Shown piece by piece: positions 9,240 through 18,487 of a DNA stretch of 64,000 nucleotides. The stretch is taken from the sequence record MN445183.1; one strand, 5' to 3'. The translations under genes and the position numbers were made by a program. Below the pieces are notes generated by a model. That model saw nothing but the letters and a program-made list of their open reading frames with translations, was not told where the DNA came from and made no database searches. Each line of letters opens with the position of its first letter. Position 1 is the first letter of the stretch.

Positions 9240-9548
9240 ATGGAACGTGAACAATTTACATCACTACGCGAGATCTCTCTCGTGACAATGCCTGGTGAAT
9301 TAATTCGTCATTCATCCTGGCCAGCTGGTAAAACCTTTGCGTGTTCTACGGAATTTCTTCATGCGTTTGGCAACTACCCGTTTGCTAACCGTGGGGTGAT
9401 GAACCTGAACAACATGCCGAAGGTCGCTAAGGGTGGAACCTGGGAACACGCCAGTAAATATCCTGTGCGAGTGAACACGGTTGATCGCGGTCCTCGCCTT
9501 AGCGGCGTACCACATCACGTCCCTGTTATTAAGAACAAAGCCGCATAA
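9240..9548 (+). CDS. Hypothetical protein
   Basis: 102-aa ORF ending just before a bidirectional hairpin. Confidence 0.65.
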   Translation: MEREQFTSLREISLVTMPGELIRHSSWPAGKTFACSTEFLHAFGNYPFANRGVMNLNNMPKVAKGGTWEHASKYPVRVNTVDRGPRLSGVPHHVPVIKNKAA

Positions 9549-9552
9549 CGCG

Positions 9553-9601
9553 ACATAAAGCTAGGTAAGCCCCGCAAAGGGCTTACCTAGCACTTATGCC
9601 G
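9553..9601. terminator. Bidirectional hairpin terminator with CATAA/TTATGCCG flanks
   Basis: 13-bp perfect stem GCTAGGTAAGCCC/GGGCTTACCTAGC between convergent genes. Confidence 0.85.
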
Positions 9602-9989
9602 GTTGTTCCACTACAAAGCTTTCTGGTAACGCTGCGTGACTGTCAAGAGAAGGACGTCCAAACACACGGACAAACCAGTACATCGGTAGCCAGTATCGCA
9701 TACCACACCCACAGCGTTTGATGTTCTCTTTAAAGAGTGTATCAGCTGCTGCCTTCGTACCTACACCACGCACCGCCAGTAAGTACATGTAATCATGCAC
9801 AATACAAGCCGGTAAGTATTTGTAGTACGGAGGAAACAAAGACCACAAGAACCGCGGGATAGTGCCTCCATCAGTGATCAGCCCTTTCGGAACGATTATT
9901 TCTGGAGTTACATAATCTTCGGTGAGCATAAAACGATCCAGCTTGTTCACGTACTTCAGCGGGACATCTGGTAATACAGTATCGGACAT
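9594..9989 (-). CDS. DUF1353 family protein
   Basis: VPKGLITDGGTIPRFLWS..ACIVHDYMY..AD.LF..MYWFVRVFG motif. Confidence 0.85.
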   Translation of the reverse strand: MSDTVLPDVPLKYVNKLDRFMLTEDYVTPEIIVPKGLITDGGTIPRFLWSLFPPYYKYLPACIVHDYMYLLAVRGVGTKAAADTLFKENIKRCGCGMRYWLPMYWFVRVFGRPSLDSHAALPESFVVEQPA

Positions 9990-10041
9990 GATTCACCCCA
10001 TATACAACCATCGTACTCATACCATTTTCAGGAGGCCTGCA

Positions 10042-10461
10042 ATGTCTAGAGCTAAAATAGTTTCCGAGCGTATTTTGCAAGCGCTCGACAACGACCCAAT
10101 CTACCACACCAATTTGTTATGTCGCACAACTGCGACTTCATCTTTTGGGCTGGTACAAATTGCGATGTTCATTATTCCTGTCGCCGATAACGACCTGAAT
10201 GCTGAAATGACCGAACGCCGTATTCTGGCAGAAATGCAAGAAGAGAACATTTACGTGGCGTTCCACAAAACCCGTCGTCAAGAAGGTGAGCGCTTAGTCA
10301 CTGTGACAAAACCCCTTGAACCCAGCAACATCAACTACACCTATGGTAACTTGAAAGGGTTTACCAAACTGTGGTTGATTGATGCGACTGATGCGAAACG
10401 CGCTGTGGCCGAACAGAAAGCCCGTTCGGCTCCTGAGCAGATTACTGTAGGTCGCTTCTAG
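10042..10461 (+). CDS. Hypothetical protein (start revised to ATG 10042)
   Basis: AGGAGG SD before ATG 10042; 139 aa. Confidence 0.7.
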   Translation: MSRAKIVSERILQALDNDPIYHTNLLCRTTATSSFGLVQIAMFIIPVADNDLNAEMTERRILAEMQEENIYVAFHKTRRQEGERLVTVTKPLEPSNINYTYGNLKGFTKLWLIDATDAKRAVAEQKARSAPEQITVGRF

Positions 10462-10469
10462 GGAGGCGC

Positions 10470-10625
10470 ATGTTTTTCGTATTGCTAACCTTAACCATCG
10501 GGATCGGGTATGTGGCGTATCAGATGTCCGCGCCGTTTAAACACCGTACCCCGATGTTCTTTCTATTTTCTGGTTTACTGGCTCTTGCCGCGGGGTTTCT
10601 ATTTAAGGCCCTCTTTCTTTTATAA
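10470..10625 (+). CDS. 51-aa two-TM microprotein (not in ORF track)
   Basis: GGAGG SD; MFFVLLTLTIGIGYVAYQ..FFLFSGLLALAAGFLFKALFLL; stop abuts the next SD. Confidence 0.7.
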   Translation: MFFVLLTLTIGIGYVAYQMSAPFKHRTPMFFLFSGLLALAAGFLFKALFLL

Positions 10626-10638
10626 AGGAGTAATTCAC

Positions 10639-11241
10639 ATGTCTAATAAACCGTATACCATGGTGGAGTTCCGTGACCTTATGCGCCCAGCAATGGCCGC
10701 GGCTGTAATGGCTTTAATCGGTGGTGAACACTTACAATTGCATTCGCCTAATGTCTCAACAAAAGAACGCAACAAGCTACGCGGCACCGTACGTGATGTA
10801 CCGGAAGGGGTGCTGGGGTTTGGGTCATCCGTTATTTCGATCATGGCCAACGGGTATTATCGTTTGGTTTACGCACACTTCGTGGATGAACGCTGCCGTG
10901 AATTATTCGGCTTTGGTTTAACAATGGAAGGTGATCATGTTGTATTGAAACGCAGTAAACCAAAGAACGACGATAAGACCGTTGGTTTCAGCTATTACAC
11001 GGATGAGCAAAGCCGTGAAATGATTCATGGTGACTACGCGTATGAAGTTAATAAGGCGTACATCCATTTATTTGACACCCCTGAGTTTGTTCATCTCACT
11101 CCTGCCGGTCATGCCTACGTGTACGTTAATACAGCGAAGATCTACCTCGCAGATTTAACGCCTATGGCAAAGTGGTGCGGTGACGAAGTGGTGATCACTA
11201 ACGGTTATGTTCGTATTGAAGGTGCTGGAAGCGAAGAGTAA
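10639..11241 (+). CDS. Hypothetical protein (start revised to ATG 10639)
   Basis: AAGGAG SD; 200 aa. Confidence 0.75.
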   Translation: MSNKPYTMVEFRDLMRPAMAAAVMALIGGEHLQLHSPNVSTKERNKLRGTVRDVPEGVLGFGSSVISIMANGYYRLVYAHFVDERCRELFGFGLTMEGDHVVLKRSKPKNDDKTVGFSYYTDEQSREMIHGDYAYEVNKAYIHLFDTPEFVHLTPAGHAYVYVNTAKIYLADLTPMAKWCGDEVVITNGYVRIEGAGSEE

Positions 11242-11280
11242 TTATCGGCCTTCTCGCCCGCAAACCATAAGGGTATTACG

Positions 11281-11832
11281 ATGAACGAAAGCAACATCAC
11301 AGTGCAACAACTGGCAGCGTACGCTGCCTTGTTGGTCGCTGGTCCCGGGACCAGTATTTGGAAATGGAATACTGAGCAGGAGATCCGTGCAGCGTTTGAC
11401 GACTGTCGTCAGCTATCTCTTGAAGTCGGTGGAATCGACTTTAACAAAAACCTGATCGACTTCCAAATCGATGTACAGCTGGCCCTGAAGAACGACAAGC
11501 CTGTGACAAAGGACGCGTTATCCCGTCATGGTTTCTACGGCAACTATGCTTTTTGGTTCTGGTCTAAAATTCACGATATTGGTGAAACCACGTTCTTCAA
11601 TCAACCACCCGGTTTTTACAAGATCGACTTCATAAGGGGAATCGGGCGTGATGATGTTATCCAGGGTTGGTTGACGACATTCACAGAGGCTGTGGTTCAT
11701 AACCTGTATCACACGGATATGCGGTCAAGAGCCGAAGTCAGCAAGATACTCAAAAAGCCTATATCAACAGGTCCGGTGTTTCCGTACCTGTTGCATTTTG
11801 TCAAAACTAAACCTGTGGAGTTTTTAGAATGA
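11281..11832 (+). CDS. Hypothetical protein
   Basis: 183-aa ORF, stop overlaps the next start. Confidence 0.75.
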   Translation: MNESNITVQQLAAYAALLVAGPGTSIWKWNTEQEIRAAFDDCRQLSLEVGGIDFNKNLIDFQIDVQLALKNDKPVTKDALSRHGFYGNYAFWFWSKIHDIGETTFFNQPPGFYKIDFIRGIGRDDVIQGWLTTFTEAVVHNLYHTDMRSRAEVSKILKKPISTGPVFPYLLHFVKTKPVEFLE

Positions 11833-12029
11833 GCCAATTAATTGGTGTTCTCTTTTCAGTTATTGCATCACTGGCCCTGATGGTGATGGCGTATCGCTAC
11901 GTTGGGTTCAACGAAGGTAAGAGCGAAACCTGGAAAGCCGTTTGGTGGTGGGTAACCGCCGTTGCCGCAATAGCGTTGGCCGTCTCAATCATTACCGGCG
12001 GTGCTGTAATTCAACGCATCTATTTTTAA
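11829..12029 (+). CDS. Small two-TM membrane protein
   Basis: 66 aa, two hydrophobic helices. Confidence 0.7.
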   Translation: MSQLIGVLFSVIASLALMVMAYRYVGFNEGKSETWKAVWWWVTAVAAIALAVSIITGGAVIQRIYF

Positions 12030-12030
12030 G

Positions 12031-12049
12031 CCTACATCACTCTTGTGTA
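12031..12049 (+). promoter_or_regulatory. Phage early-promoter-like motif
   Basis: CCTACATCACTCTTGTGTA; recurrent intergenic motif similar to the phiKZ early consensus TATATTAC. Confidence 0.7.
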
Positions 12050-12103
12050 TTAATCAACATACCCCTTAATTCATATACCCGTAAGTAAAGAGAGGAATAC
12101 CCC

Positions 12104-13174
12104 ATGATTAACAAAACCATGACTGACCTGAACAATGCCCAGCCACACCTGCGTGACCTGCGTATCACCATCGACGGTCTGAACATCGTTGATATTCAGA
12201 TGGCTGGTCCAGGTGCTTGGGTTCCACGTATGACCGTTCAGCTGTCTGGCGATATGGGCCTGGATAAAACTACTGGTCAACGTAATGTGTATCTGACTGC
12301 TGCTGAGTTCCTGCGTGCTACGCTGCTGAACAATGGCACAGGCGACGGTAAACGTGCGCATGCGTTTGTCCCGCATGCTAACGTCAGTCGTGAAGACCTG
12401 AACGGTGACTTCGACGCCGCCATTGCCGTGGCTGAACGCGCGGTTGCTCGCTTGCTGGACGTTTACAAAGGTAAAGACCCGGAGAACGACGGTAAGCCGA
12501 TTCTGGATGACCACTTCGAATGGTACGGCAAATCACTGTACATTAAGGTGGAAACCATCGATTTCAACCTGACTGAGAAACGCGTGGTAGATGCTACGAG
12601 CGCTACCGCCAGTCACCAGCATCTTAGCGTGCCAAACATCATCGTTGCCCAATCTTTGATTGATGCGATGCGCTCTCGTGGTCACGCTGGCGAAATTAAT
12701 CTTGACGCAGCAAGTGATACAGCAGACACATCGTTTATCGATGAACTGGATGTACGCAACGAAACCAAACTGTTTGATGGCGTTGAACACCGACTGGTCA
12801 TTATTCCAATTGCAGAAGGTGCTGTTGATACCAACAAGCTGTGGGTGCCGGTGTCGTATAAAGGTGAAATCACTACCTTTGACGACCTGTCTGAGAACGC
12901 GGTGCTGACTTGCCTGTCACCGAAAGGCACTGACCCTAACGAATGGCGCCTGCTGGAAAAAGAAGTGCTGCTTTCCGTGCTGAATGAAACCAAGCTGTTC
13001 GACGGCGTCCCGTACAAACCTAAGTACCTGGCTGCTGAAGGTGACGTAGTAACACTCTGGGTAAAAGAAGGCACGGAGATTAACGTGTCTTGTCTGGAAG
13101 AAATTCCGGCAGACCAGCGTGTACTGATTACTGCGGAAACTGACGACGTTGTTGCGCAGTGGCGTCTGCTGTAA
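12104..13174 (+). CDS. Hypothetical protein with two C-terminal ~75-aa repeats
   Basis: 356 aa; NETKLFDGV..LWV..WRLL occurs twice; codon usage looks highly expressed. Confidence 0.85.
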   Translation: MINKTMTDLNNAQPHLRDLRITIDGLNIVDIQMAGPGAWVPRMTVQLSGDMGLDKTTGQRNVYLTAAEFLRATLLNNGTGDGKRAHAFVPHANVSREDLNGDFDAAIAVAERAVARLLDVYKGKDPENDGKPILDDHFEWYGKSLYIKVETIDFNLTEKRVVDATSATASHQHLSVPNIIVAQSLIDAMRSRGHAGEINLDAASDTADTSFIDELDVRNETKLFDGVEHRLVIIPIAEGAVDTNKLWVPVSYKGEITTFDDLSENAVLTCLSPKGTDPNEWRLLEKEVLLSVLNETKLFDGVPYKPKYLAAEGDVVTLWVKEGTEINVSCLEEIPADQRVLITAETDDVVAQWRLL

Positions 13175-13183
13175 TTTGTAAAT

Positions 13184-13220
13184 CGGCATAACGGCCAAGG
13201 ACGCTAAGTCCTTGGCTTTT
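13184..13220 (+). terminator. Hairpin terminator preceded by CGGCATAA
   Basis: GCCAAGGAC/GTCCTTGGC stem followed by TTTT. Confidence 0.75.
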
Positions 13221-13247
13221 CCTATCCTATACCTGTTGGAGTAAATC

Positions 13248-13913
13248 ATGGATTTAGAAAAAGTATTAGCAGAAGACCGCGTGTTATTTGAGACTCAGGT
13301 AGTGACGGTTAGTGATCCTAGAGAGCAAACCACAGCCGGCATGAATCTGTATCATCGACTCATTGGCTATATGGGTTATACGGGTAGCGAGCTGGATCGC
13401 TTGACTGCGCGTATAGATGCCTTCATGCATCTGTGTGTAAAGCACAAAGTGTGCAAAGAACTCGCCGGCCTTATCCTGCGCTCTGTGTACTCCGGTTCTA
13501 AGTTTAATAACCGTGATGCACTGATTGAATATTTCAATACGCTCCCGCCTACCGGACCATTGTTTACTGAAAGTCTTAAGGCGTCAAATTCGTTACTTAC
13601 CGAACCCACACCTAACAACGAATACGTTATGCGTAAGCAACAAATCCTGAACGACCTTTATGAACACAATCGTACAACGATGCGACCTGATCGTGCGAAA
13701 GTTGTTGAGCTGGAGAAACTCTGCGAAGAATATCAGGACTGGCTGCGTCGTATGCGTTTAGGGCGTAAGAACATGGATCCAAAGAACTACCCATCGCAAG
13801 ACGAGTTGCGTATTCGTGACAACATCCGTGCAAAGATCATGGAAGTCGCCACGCCTGATTTGTTATTGCAAATGGCTGTTCAGGTATTACAGCACGGAGA
13901 GTTCAATGAATAA
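13248..13913 (+). CDS. Hypothetical protein
   Basis: 221 aa, GGAG SD. Confidence 0.75.
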   Translation: MDLEKVLAEDRVLFETQVVTVSDPREQTTAGMNLYHRLIGYMGYTGSELDRLTARIDAFMHLCVKHKVCKELAGLILRSVYSGSKFNNRDALIEYFNTLPPTGPLFTESLKASNSLLTEPTPNNEYVMRKQQILNDLYEHNRTTMRPDRAKVVELEKLCEEYQDWLRRMRLGRKNMDPKNYPSQDELRIRDNIRAKIMEVATPDLLLQMAVQVLQHGEFNE

Positions 13914-14229
13914 GGTGATGGATTTAAGTGACGCGAACAACCGTCACTTACGCGAAGTGTTGGAAGAACTCATGCTCGTCCGTGCAACAGCACGTTTAGA
14001 TAAACGTCCGGTGCACAGCGCAATTCGTGAACGTTGTCAATTGCTGGGTAAACAGAAACACCCTAGCATGATTAATGCCATGCTAGAACAGATTCGTCGC
14101 AAGACGCTGTGTGAACACGAGTTGTTGAAATGTGTGACCACATACAACGAACTCGTGCGTGGTGAGTTAGAAATGATTCGTGACGGTGAGTTGGTTGAGA
14201 TACAAGGCAACCAGACACCAATCGAGTAA
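13906..14229 (+). CDS. Hypothetical protein (start revised to ATG 13906)
   Basis: GGAG SD, overlaps the upstream stop; 107 aa. Confidence 0.7.
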   Translation: MNKVMDLSDANNRHLREVLEELMLVRATARLDKRPVHSAIRERCQLLGKQKHPSMINAMLEQIRRKTLCEHELLKCVTTYNELVRGELEMIRDGELVEIQGNQTPIE

Positions 14230-14281
14230 AGCAGTACCTTTAAATCCAACTACGGGCAATGCGACCCCTAAGGAAATTAAA

Positions 14282-15049
14282 ATGAAATACGATTACCATG
14301 TAGAAGTACAACTCAATGACAACGTCGTTATCCCATCCTGCGGACGTCGTCCTTCTTATCAGCTGATTGAATCTATCGAGTTGGTAATTGGTGAGAAGAA
14401 CGGAATTGGTGAATATTGCCTGCGCATCCAGCTGGACTCAGAACGCTTGAAGGAGCTCAATACCGGCGAAGCAACGTCCGTTAAACCTGAGTACCATTAC
14501 GAGCTTACGGTGAGTCCGAGCGATGGCACCATCCAGGCCTCGGGTGTTGTACAGCGCTGTTTGTCAACCGAGCTTGTAGGCGGTCGTCTGGTGAAGCGTG
14601 TGCATAACCTCCAAACCGTCGTTTCTGAGTTAATCCATGAAGCAATCGGTAGCATGATGTTATCCGATCTGGTTGAGTATTCTGATCGCTATATTGAGGT
14701 CCTGTTCTTCAATGCGGTTTGCCAGTTCACGCCGTTCACAATGGGTGTGGGGAAAAGTGGTCCGATTGATTCAACCCGGTTCTGGATGCGGGTACCGAGC
14801 TTCGTACCAGATCTTCACGGTAAACGTCGCTTTGTTACTGAAGTGCAACCGGACGGAAGTCGCGCAATAATCGGTGTTTACACCAACTGGACGTACGGTG
14901 AGTTATTGACAGGGCAACCAAAACTGCTGCTCACTGACCAGGTCAATTTCAGCAAGTCAGAAAATGATGAGTTGAAAACGTTTAAGCCGATGACCGATAA
15001 AGAGGTCCTCGAGCAGTTTAAGAAAATCACCATTCCGGTGATCGAGTAA
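14282..15049 (+). CDS. Hypothetical protein (start revised to ATG 14282)
   Basis: TAAGGA SD; 255 aa. Confidence 0.75.
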   Translation: MKYDYHVEVQLNDNVVIPSCGRRPSYQLIESIELVIGEKNGIGEYCLRIQLDSERLKELNTGEATSVKPEYHYELTVSPSDGTIQASGVVQRCLSTELVGGRLVKRVHNLQTVVSELIHEAIGSMMLSDLVEYSDRYIEVLFFNAVCQFTPFTMGVGKSGPIDSTRFWMRVPSFVPDLHGKRRFVTEVQPDGSRAIIGVYTNWTYGELLTGQPKLLLTDQVNFSKSENDELKTFKPMTDKEVLEQFKKITIPVIE

Positions 15050-15057
15050 TAATAGCA

Positions 15058-15086
15058 AGAGGGGTTTCGGCCCCTCTTTTTTTTTT
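15058..15086 (+). terminator. Rho-independent terminator
   Basis: AGAGGGG/CCCCTCT stem followed by a 10-T run. Confidence 0.85.
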
Positions 15087-15102
15087 GTCAAAGGAGTAAG
15101 AA

Positions 15103-15594
15103 ATGTCCCGTACAGAATCACGCAGCATTATTGAGACCCAGCTGTTCATTAACGGCGAAGCGCGACCTAAGGTCTCTGCGGTGTTTGCTAAAGACGGTGT
15201 GGCTGATGAAGCTATTGACAACATCAAGCTTGCCTACAGCACCAGCATCGCCCCAGGTATCACTCGCGACATCGTATTCGGCATGCTGGAGGAAGTGAAG
15301 AAAGAGCACGGTCATGTGAACATGTTCTATCTGCGCAGCGTCTCCATTGGTGTCGTTACGTTGAACTATTCGCAGGGAGTCACCAACGTCACGGTTGACG
15401 ACGCACAGCCTACTGAAGGTAAAGACCTGACAGCGTATCTGGTGGAACCGAAGAAAGAAGAAGAACTTGATATCAGCGCGCTGGGTAATATCGATTTTGA
15501 TGCAGTTGGTGCGCGTGTTGACCAAATGCAGGCGGGTGGTGGCGAAGTAGTTGAAGCCAGCAACGAATGCGATGGCGGTGGTTGTAAGATCTAA
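15103..15594 (+). CDS. Hypothetical protein ending in an NrdA-like CX4C-KI redox tail
   Basis: 163 aa, AAGGAG SD, C-terminus ECDGGGCKI after an acidic linker. Confidence 0.8.
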   Translation: MSRTESRSIIETQLFINGEARPKVSAVFAKDGVADEAIDNIKLAYSTSIAPGITRDIVFGMLEEVKKEHGHVNMFYLRSVSIGVVTLNYSQGVTNVTVDDAQPTEGKDLTAYLVEPKKEEELDISALGNIDFDAVGARVDQMQAGGGEVVEASNECDGGGCKI

Positions 15595-15601
15595 ACATAT
15601 G

Positions 15602-15630
15602 GGTCGGGCTACGGTCCGACCTTTATGCCG
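15602..15630 (+). terminator. Hairpin followed by TTTATGCCG
   Basis: GGTCGG/CCGACC stem. Confidence 0.7.
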
Positions 15631-15677
15631 ATGCAGAAATGATATGAATTCATTTTAGCTACACTAGGGAACCTGTT

Positions 15678-16625
15678 ATGCTTGAGTTAATGTTAGCAGG
15701 AAACAATGTCACCATAGTACCTGGATCTGGGCCGGGTAATAAAAAGCTTTTAGCAGGTGACAAAACAGACGGTTGGTTTGGGATGATTGACTCCGGTGAA
15801 ATGCCGATACCGCAATTAATGCTGAACGAAGCCGGTGGCGGGATAGCGTCACTACCCCAGCAGGCAAGTGTACCATTGCGCTGGATGAAAGCGGTTATTA
15901 ACGGTAAATACATCTTTGTTGCCAATACACCGTTTAACACATACCCTTTACTGGACCTCTATAACCGCGGACAAGTCTTCGGTACCGATGATAACGGGAT
16001 TAGCCCGCCGTCCAACCGTTATAACGATCAGAACCAGTTACAGATCGTTACGCATATCGACAAAGCCGGTAAAGTGTGGGCGTTTAAATTAAGGCTGCTG
16101 AGTCACAGCTCTAACGACAAACCTACTTCTACGTCCGCATCAGCTGCGGAACTTGCCGGAGCCGAATCGTTTAAGTTATACTCGCACGTCATCAGCGGCA
16201 TGATTGCCGATGATGGTAAACGCTGGGATAACCTGGTTAACGGTGTTGATTACTACGCTGCGTGGTCAACAAGTCGAACAGTCTATGGAACACAGTTCTT
16301 GTGCCGTGTACAAAACAGCCCCCGTGCTGGCGGCAACTGGTGGGGCAACACCACGTCCTATAACTGGTTCCCGGTATTGGAGGTTATCGATCCTGATGTT
16401 GACATTATTCCTCCAGTCAACATTGCTTTTGAAACCATTAGTTTGTCCGGCACAGGCACTACAGCAACAAGTGATGCAATCACAATGATTCCTAGCGAAC
16501 TCAATACGCTACCACAAATCGAAGTCGCGCCACATGTCAAAGCGTCGGATGACAATGCGATCGCTATGACGCCGTCCGAGCTTGCGAAACTTGACCACGC
16601 AGAACGCCCGGCGTTCATGAAATAA
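15678..16625 (+). CDS. Putative virion structural protein, cassette 1 gene A (MLE-tag plus paralogous domain)
   Basis: MLELMLAG start; GPGNKKLLAG..GWFG..W.KAVINGK.IF..WFPVLEV domain shared with six other ORFs in the window. Confidence 0.7.
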   Translation: MLELMLAGNNVTIVPGSGPGNKKLLAGDKTDGWFGMIDSGEMPIPQLMLNEAGGGIASLPQQASVPLRWMKAVINGKYIFVANTPFNTYPLLDLYNRGQVFGTDDNGISPPSNRYNDQNQLQIVTHIDKAGKVWAFKLRLLSHSSNDKPTSTSASAAELAGAESFKLYSHVISGMIADDGKRWDNLVNGVDYYAAWSTSRTVYGTQFLCRVQNSPRAGGNWWGNTTSYNWFPVLEVIDPDVDIIPPVNIAFETISLSGTGTTATSDAITMIPSELNTLPQIEVAPHVKASDDNAIAMTPSELAKLDHAERPAFMK

Positions 16626-16635
16626 CAGGTGACAC

Positions 16636-17472
16636 ATGTACATACATTTGAAATGGGCCAATAAGAACACGCAGGATGTTTCTGTCAACATCTATCGTTC
16701 ATTGACCGCTATCGATCGAAACAATCCGGGTACACCGTTGGTCACACTAGCGGGTGATGTGGAAGAATACATTGACCGTGCAGTAACACAGGGCACAACG
16801 TATAACTACGTCATCCAGTTTGTCAAAGGAGCAAACAAAGTCACCTCGCGTAACTATACGTTCACGGCAAACTATCAACGTGGACCTGGGAACAATGTTC
16901 CAGTGTTGGGTAATGATGACTATGGTTTTATGTGGTACGGTCAGTTTGGAATGGCTAACGATATTCTGGCTAAATTGGGTATTTACCGTGAAACCAGTAA
17001 CCCTACTGATAACCCATCGATAATGGCCTACAAATGGAGCTTGAAAGGGGAGGTGTACTATTTGTTGTACATTGGCGGTAACTTGGTCAACACAGCCAAT
17101 GCGTTAGCATTTAGTAAAAGCACTGAACCGAAACCTGTTACGTTTGACGGGATCGACTACCTTGCTTCAATGCCGGATTACAAAGGCGATGGCTGGGTGC
17201 AGACCGACTACAGTACCAAACCACCAGTCGGTGATAGAAGTATGGCTACTCGGTTAACGTTACCGTATCTTTACTACATCAGTAATCGCGGTATACCGGG
17301 TGAGGAGCTGGGATGCATCGGTTCTGCCGCTCTGTCTAACGCTCACGTGAGTGTAACTGACCCAACGTCAGAGCGTTTTACATGCTGGCGTGCGGATATC
17401 GACAGTATCGTCCACTACACAACACTTAGCTCTAGTTACGTCTATCCCGTCATTCTTAAACTTGTGGAGTAA
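16636..17472 (+). CDS. Putative virion structural protein, cassette 1 gene B (FN3-like plus paralogous domain)
   Basis: LKWAN..NIYR..Y.D..V..GTTYNYVI FN3-like pattern; paralog of 19470..20306 (both 278 aa). Confidence 0.7.
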   Translation: MYIHLKWANKNTQDVSVNIYRSLTAIDRNNPGTPLVTLAGDVEEYIDRAVTQGTTYNYVIQFVKGANKVTSRNYTFTANYQRGPGNNVPVLGNDDYGFMWYGQFGMANDILAKLGIYRETSNPTDNPSIMAYKWSLKGEVYYLLYIGGNLVNTANALAFSKSTEPKPVTFDGIDYLASMPDYKGDGWVQTDYSTKPPVGDRSMATRLTLPYLYYISNRGIPGEELGCIGSAALSNAHVSVTDPTSERFTCWRADIDSIVHYTTLSSSYVYPVILKLVE

Positions 17473-17474
17473 TC

Positions 17475-18413
17475 ATGTCAATTACTTTAAACTGGAGTAA
17501 CCGCGGTCAGGCAGTTACCAGCGTGAAGATTTACCGTAATTTACATCGTAGCGAGACTCCGACGTTACTCACCACGTTGAACACCCCTGATGAGACATAC
17601 ACCGACACTACCGCAGAAATGAATAAACTTTATTTCTACAGAGTGGCGCTGGTCATCGGTGATGAAGAGGTTCCAGGGGCGGTGGTACCAATGATGTCTG
17701 TGAACGATACCGGCCCTGGACCTAAGGCGTTGGTCGCCGGCACCATGGAGTATGGGTATTTTGGCACGCTGACACCCGATGAGTTTTTGACAACCTCGGA
17801 TGTTCAGCGTGTCGGGACCCCTAACGGGTTCACCAGTTATTCGTCAGGCACTATCGCACTCTGGCGTAAATTTGCCAACATGGGGAGAATCATTTATATT
17901 CCCAACGCGCCGGTATGGCAGGTATCCACAGCCACTACGGGGATCAACGCACTACAGTTACTATACAGCAGTGGTTATCTGTATGGCGGTGGTGGTACGG
18001 ACAGAGCTCCAGGACTTACCGGATCCCGGGCGCAGGACAAGAAAGCAACGTTAGGTGCCTATGAATTCTACGTCAGGGTGCCAAATGCTGAGTATGACCG
18101 TGACCCAACAACGCAGTATACAACTGGCACGTCATTCAACACTTATGGTGGTGAGGTGTCCATGGTTGCATCGGCCAATAACTACGGACCGATTCAGTCT
18201 TATATTTCTGCCGGGGCTGGTTGGCCACGCATTGCACCACCAACTACGTTAACCGCCATTGGACACGGTTATCTCTTGACATCGACGATGGCTAATAACT
18301 TACAAGTCACCTTCTTTGCCAACCAGCAGCAGTCTGTTGGCACCAGTGTTGCCGGGACAACCGCCAACGTCATATTTGGCTTCTTGACCATTTTGGAATT
18401 GATTCTTGGTTAA
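17475..18413 (+). CDS. Putative virion structural protein, cassette 1 gene C (FN3-like plus paralogous domain)
   Basis: MSITLNWSN..KIYR..YTD..YFYRV; GPGPKALVAGTMEYGYFG; paralog of 20308..21267. Confidence 0.7.
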   Translation: MSITLNWSNRGQAVTSVKIYRNLHRSETPTLLTTLNTPDETYTDTTAEMNKLYFYRVALVIGDEEVPGAVVPMMSVNDTGPGPKALVAGTMEYGYFGTLTPDEFLTTSDVQRVGTPNGFTSYSSGTIALWRKFANMGRIIYIPNAPVWQVSTATTGINALQLLYSSGYLYGGGGTDRAPGLTGSRAQDKKATLGAYEFYVRVPNAEYDRDPTTQYTTGTSFNTYGGEVSMVASANNYGPIQSYISAGAGWPRIAPPTTLTAIGHGYLLTSTMANNLQVTFFANQQQSVGTSVAGTTANVIFGFLTILELILG

Positions 18414-18447
18414 TATAAGGCAGGGCTTCGGCCCTGCTTTTATACCG
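18414..18447 (+). terminator. Hairpin terminator between the duplicated cassettes
   Basis: GCAGGGC-TTCG-GCCCTGC followed by TTTTATACCG. Confidence 0.8.
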
Positions 18448-18487
18448 CTTGATGATATGTATCCACTGATTATAAAAGGTTCGCGCT

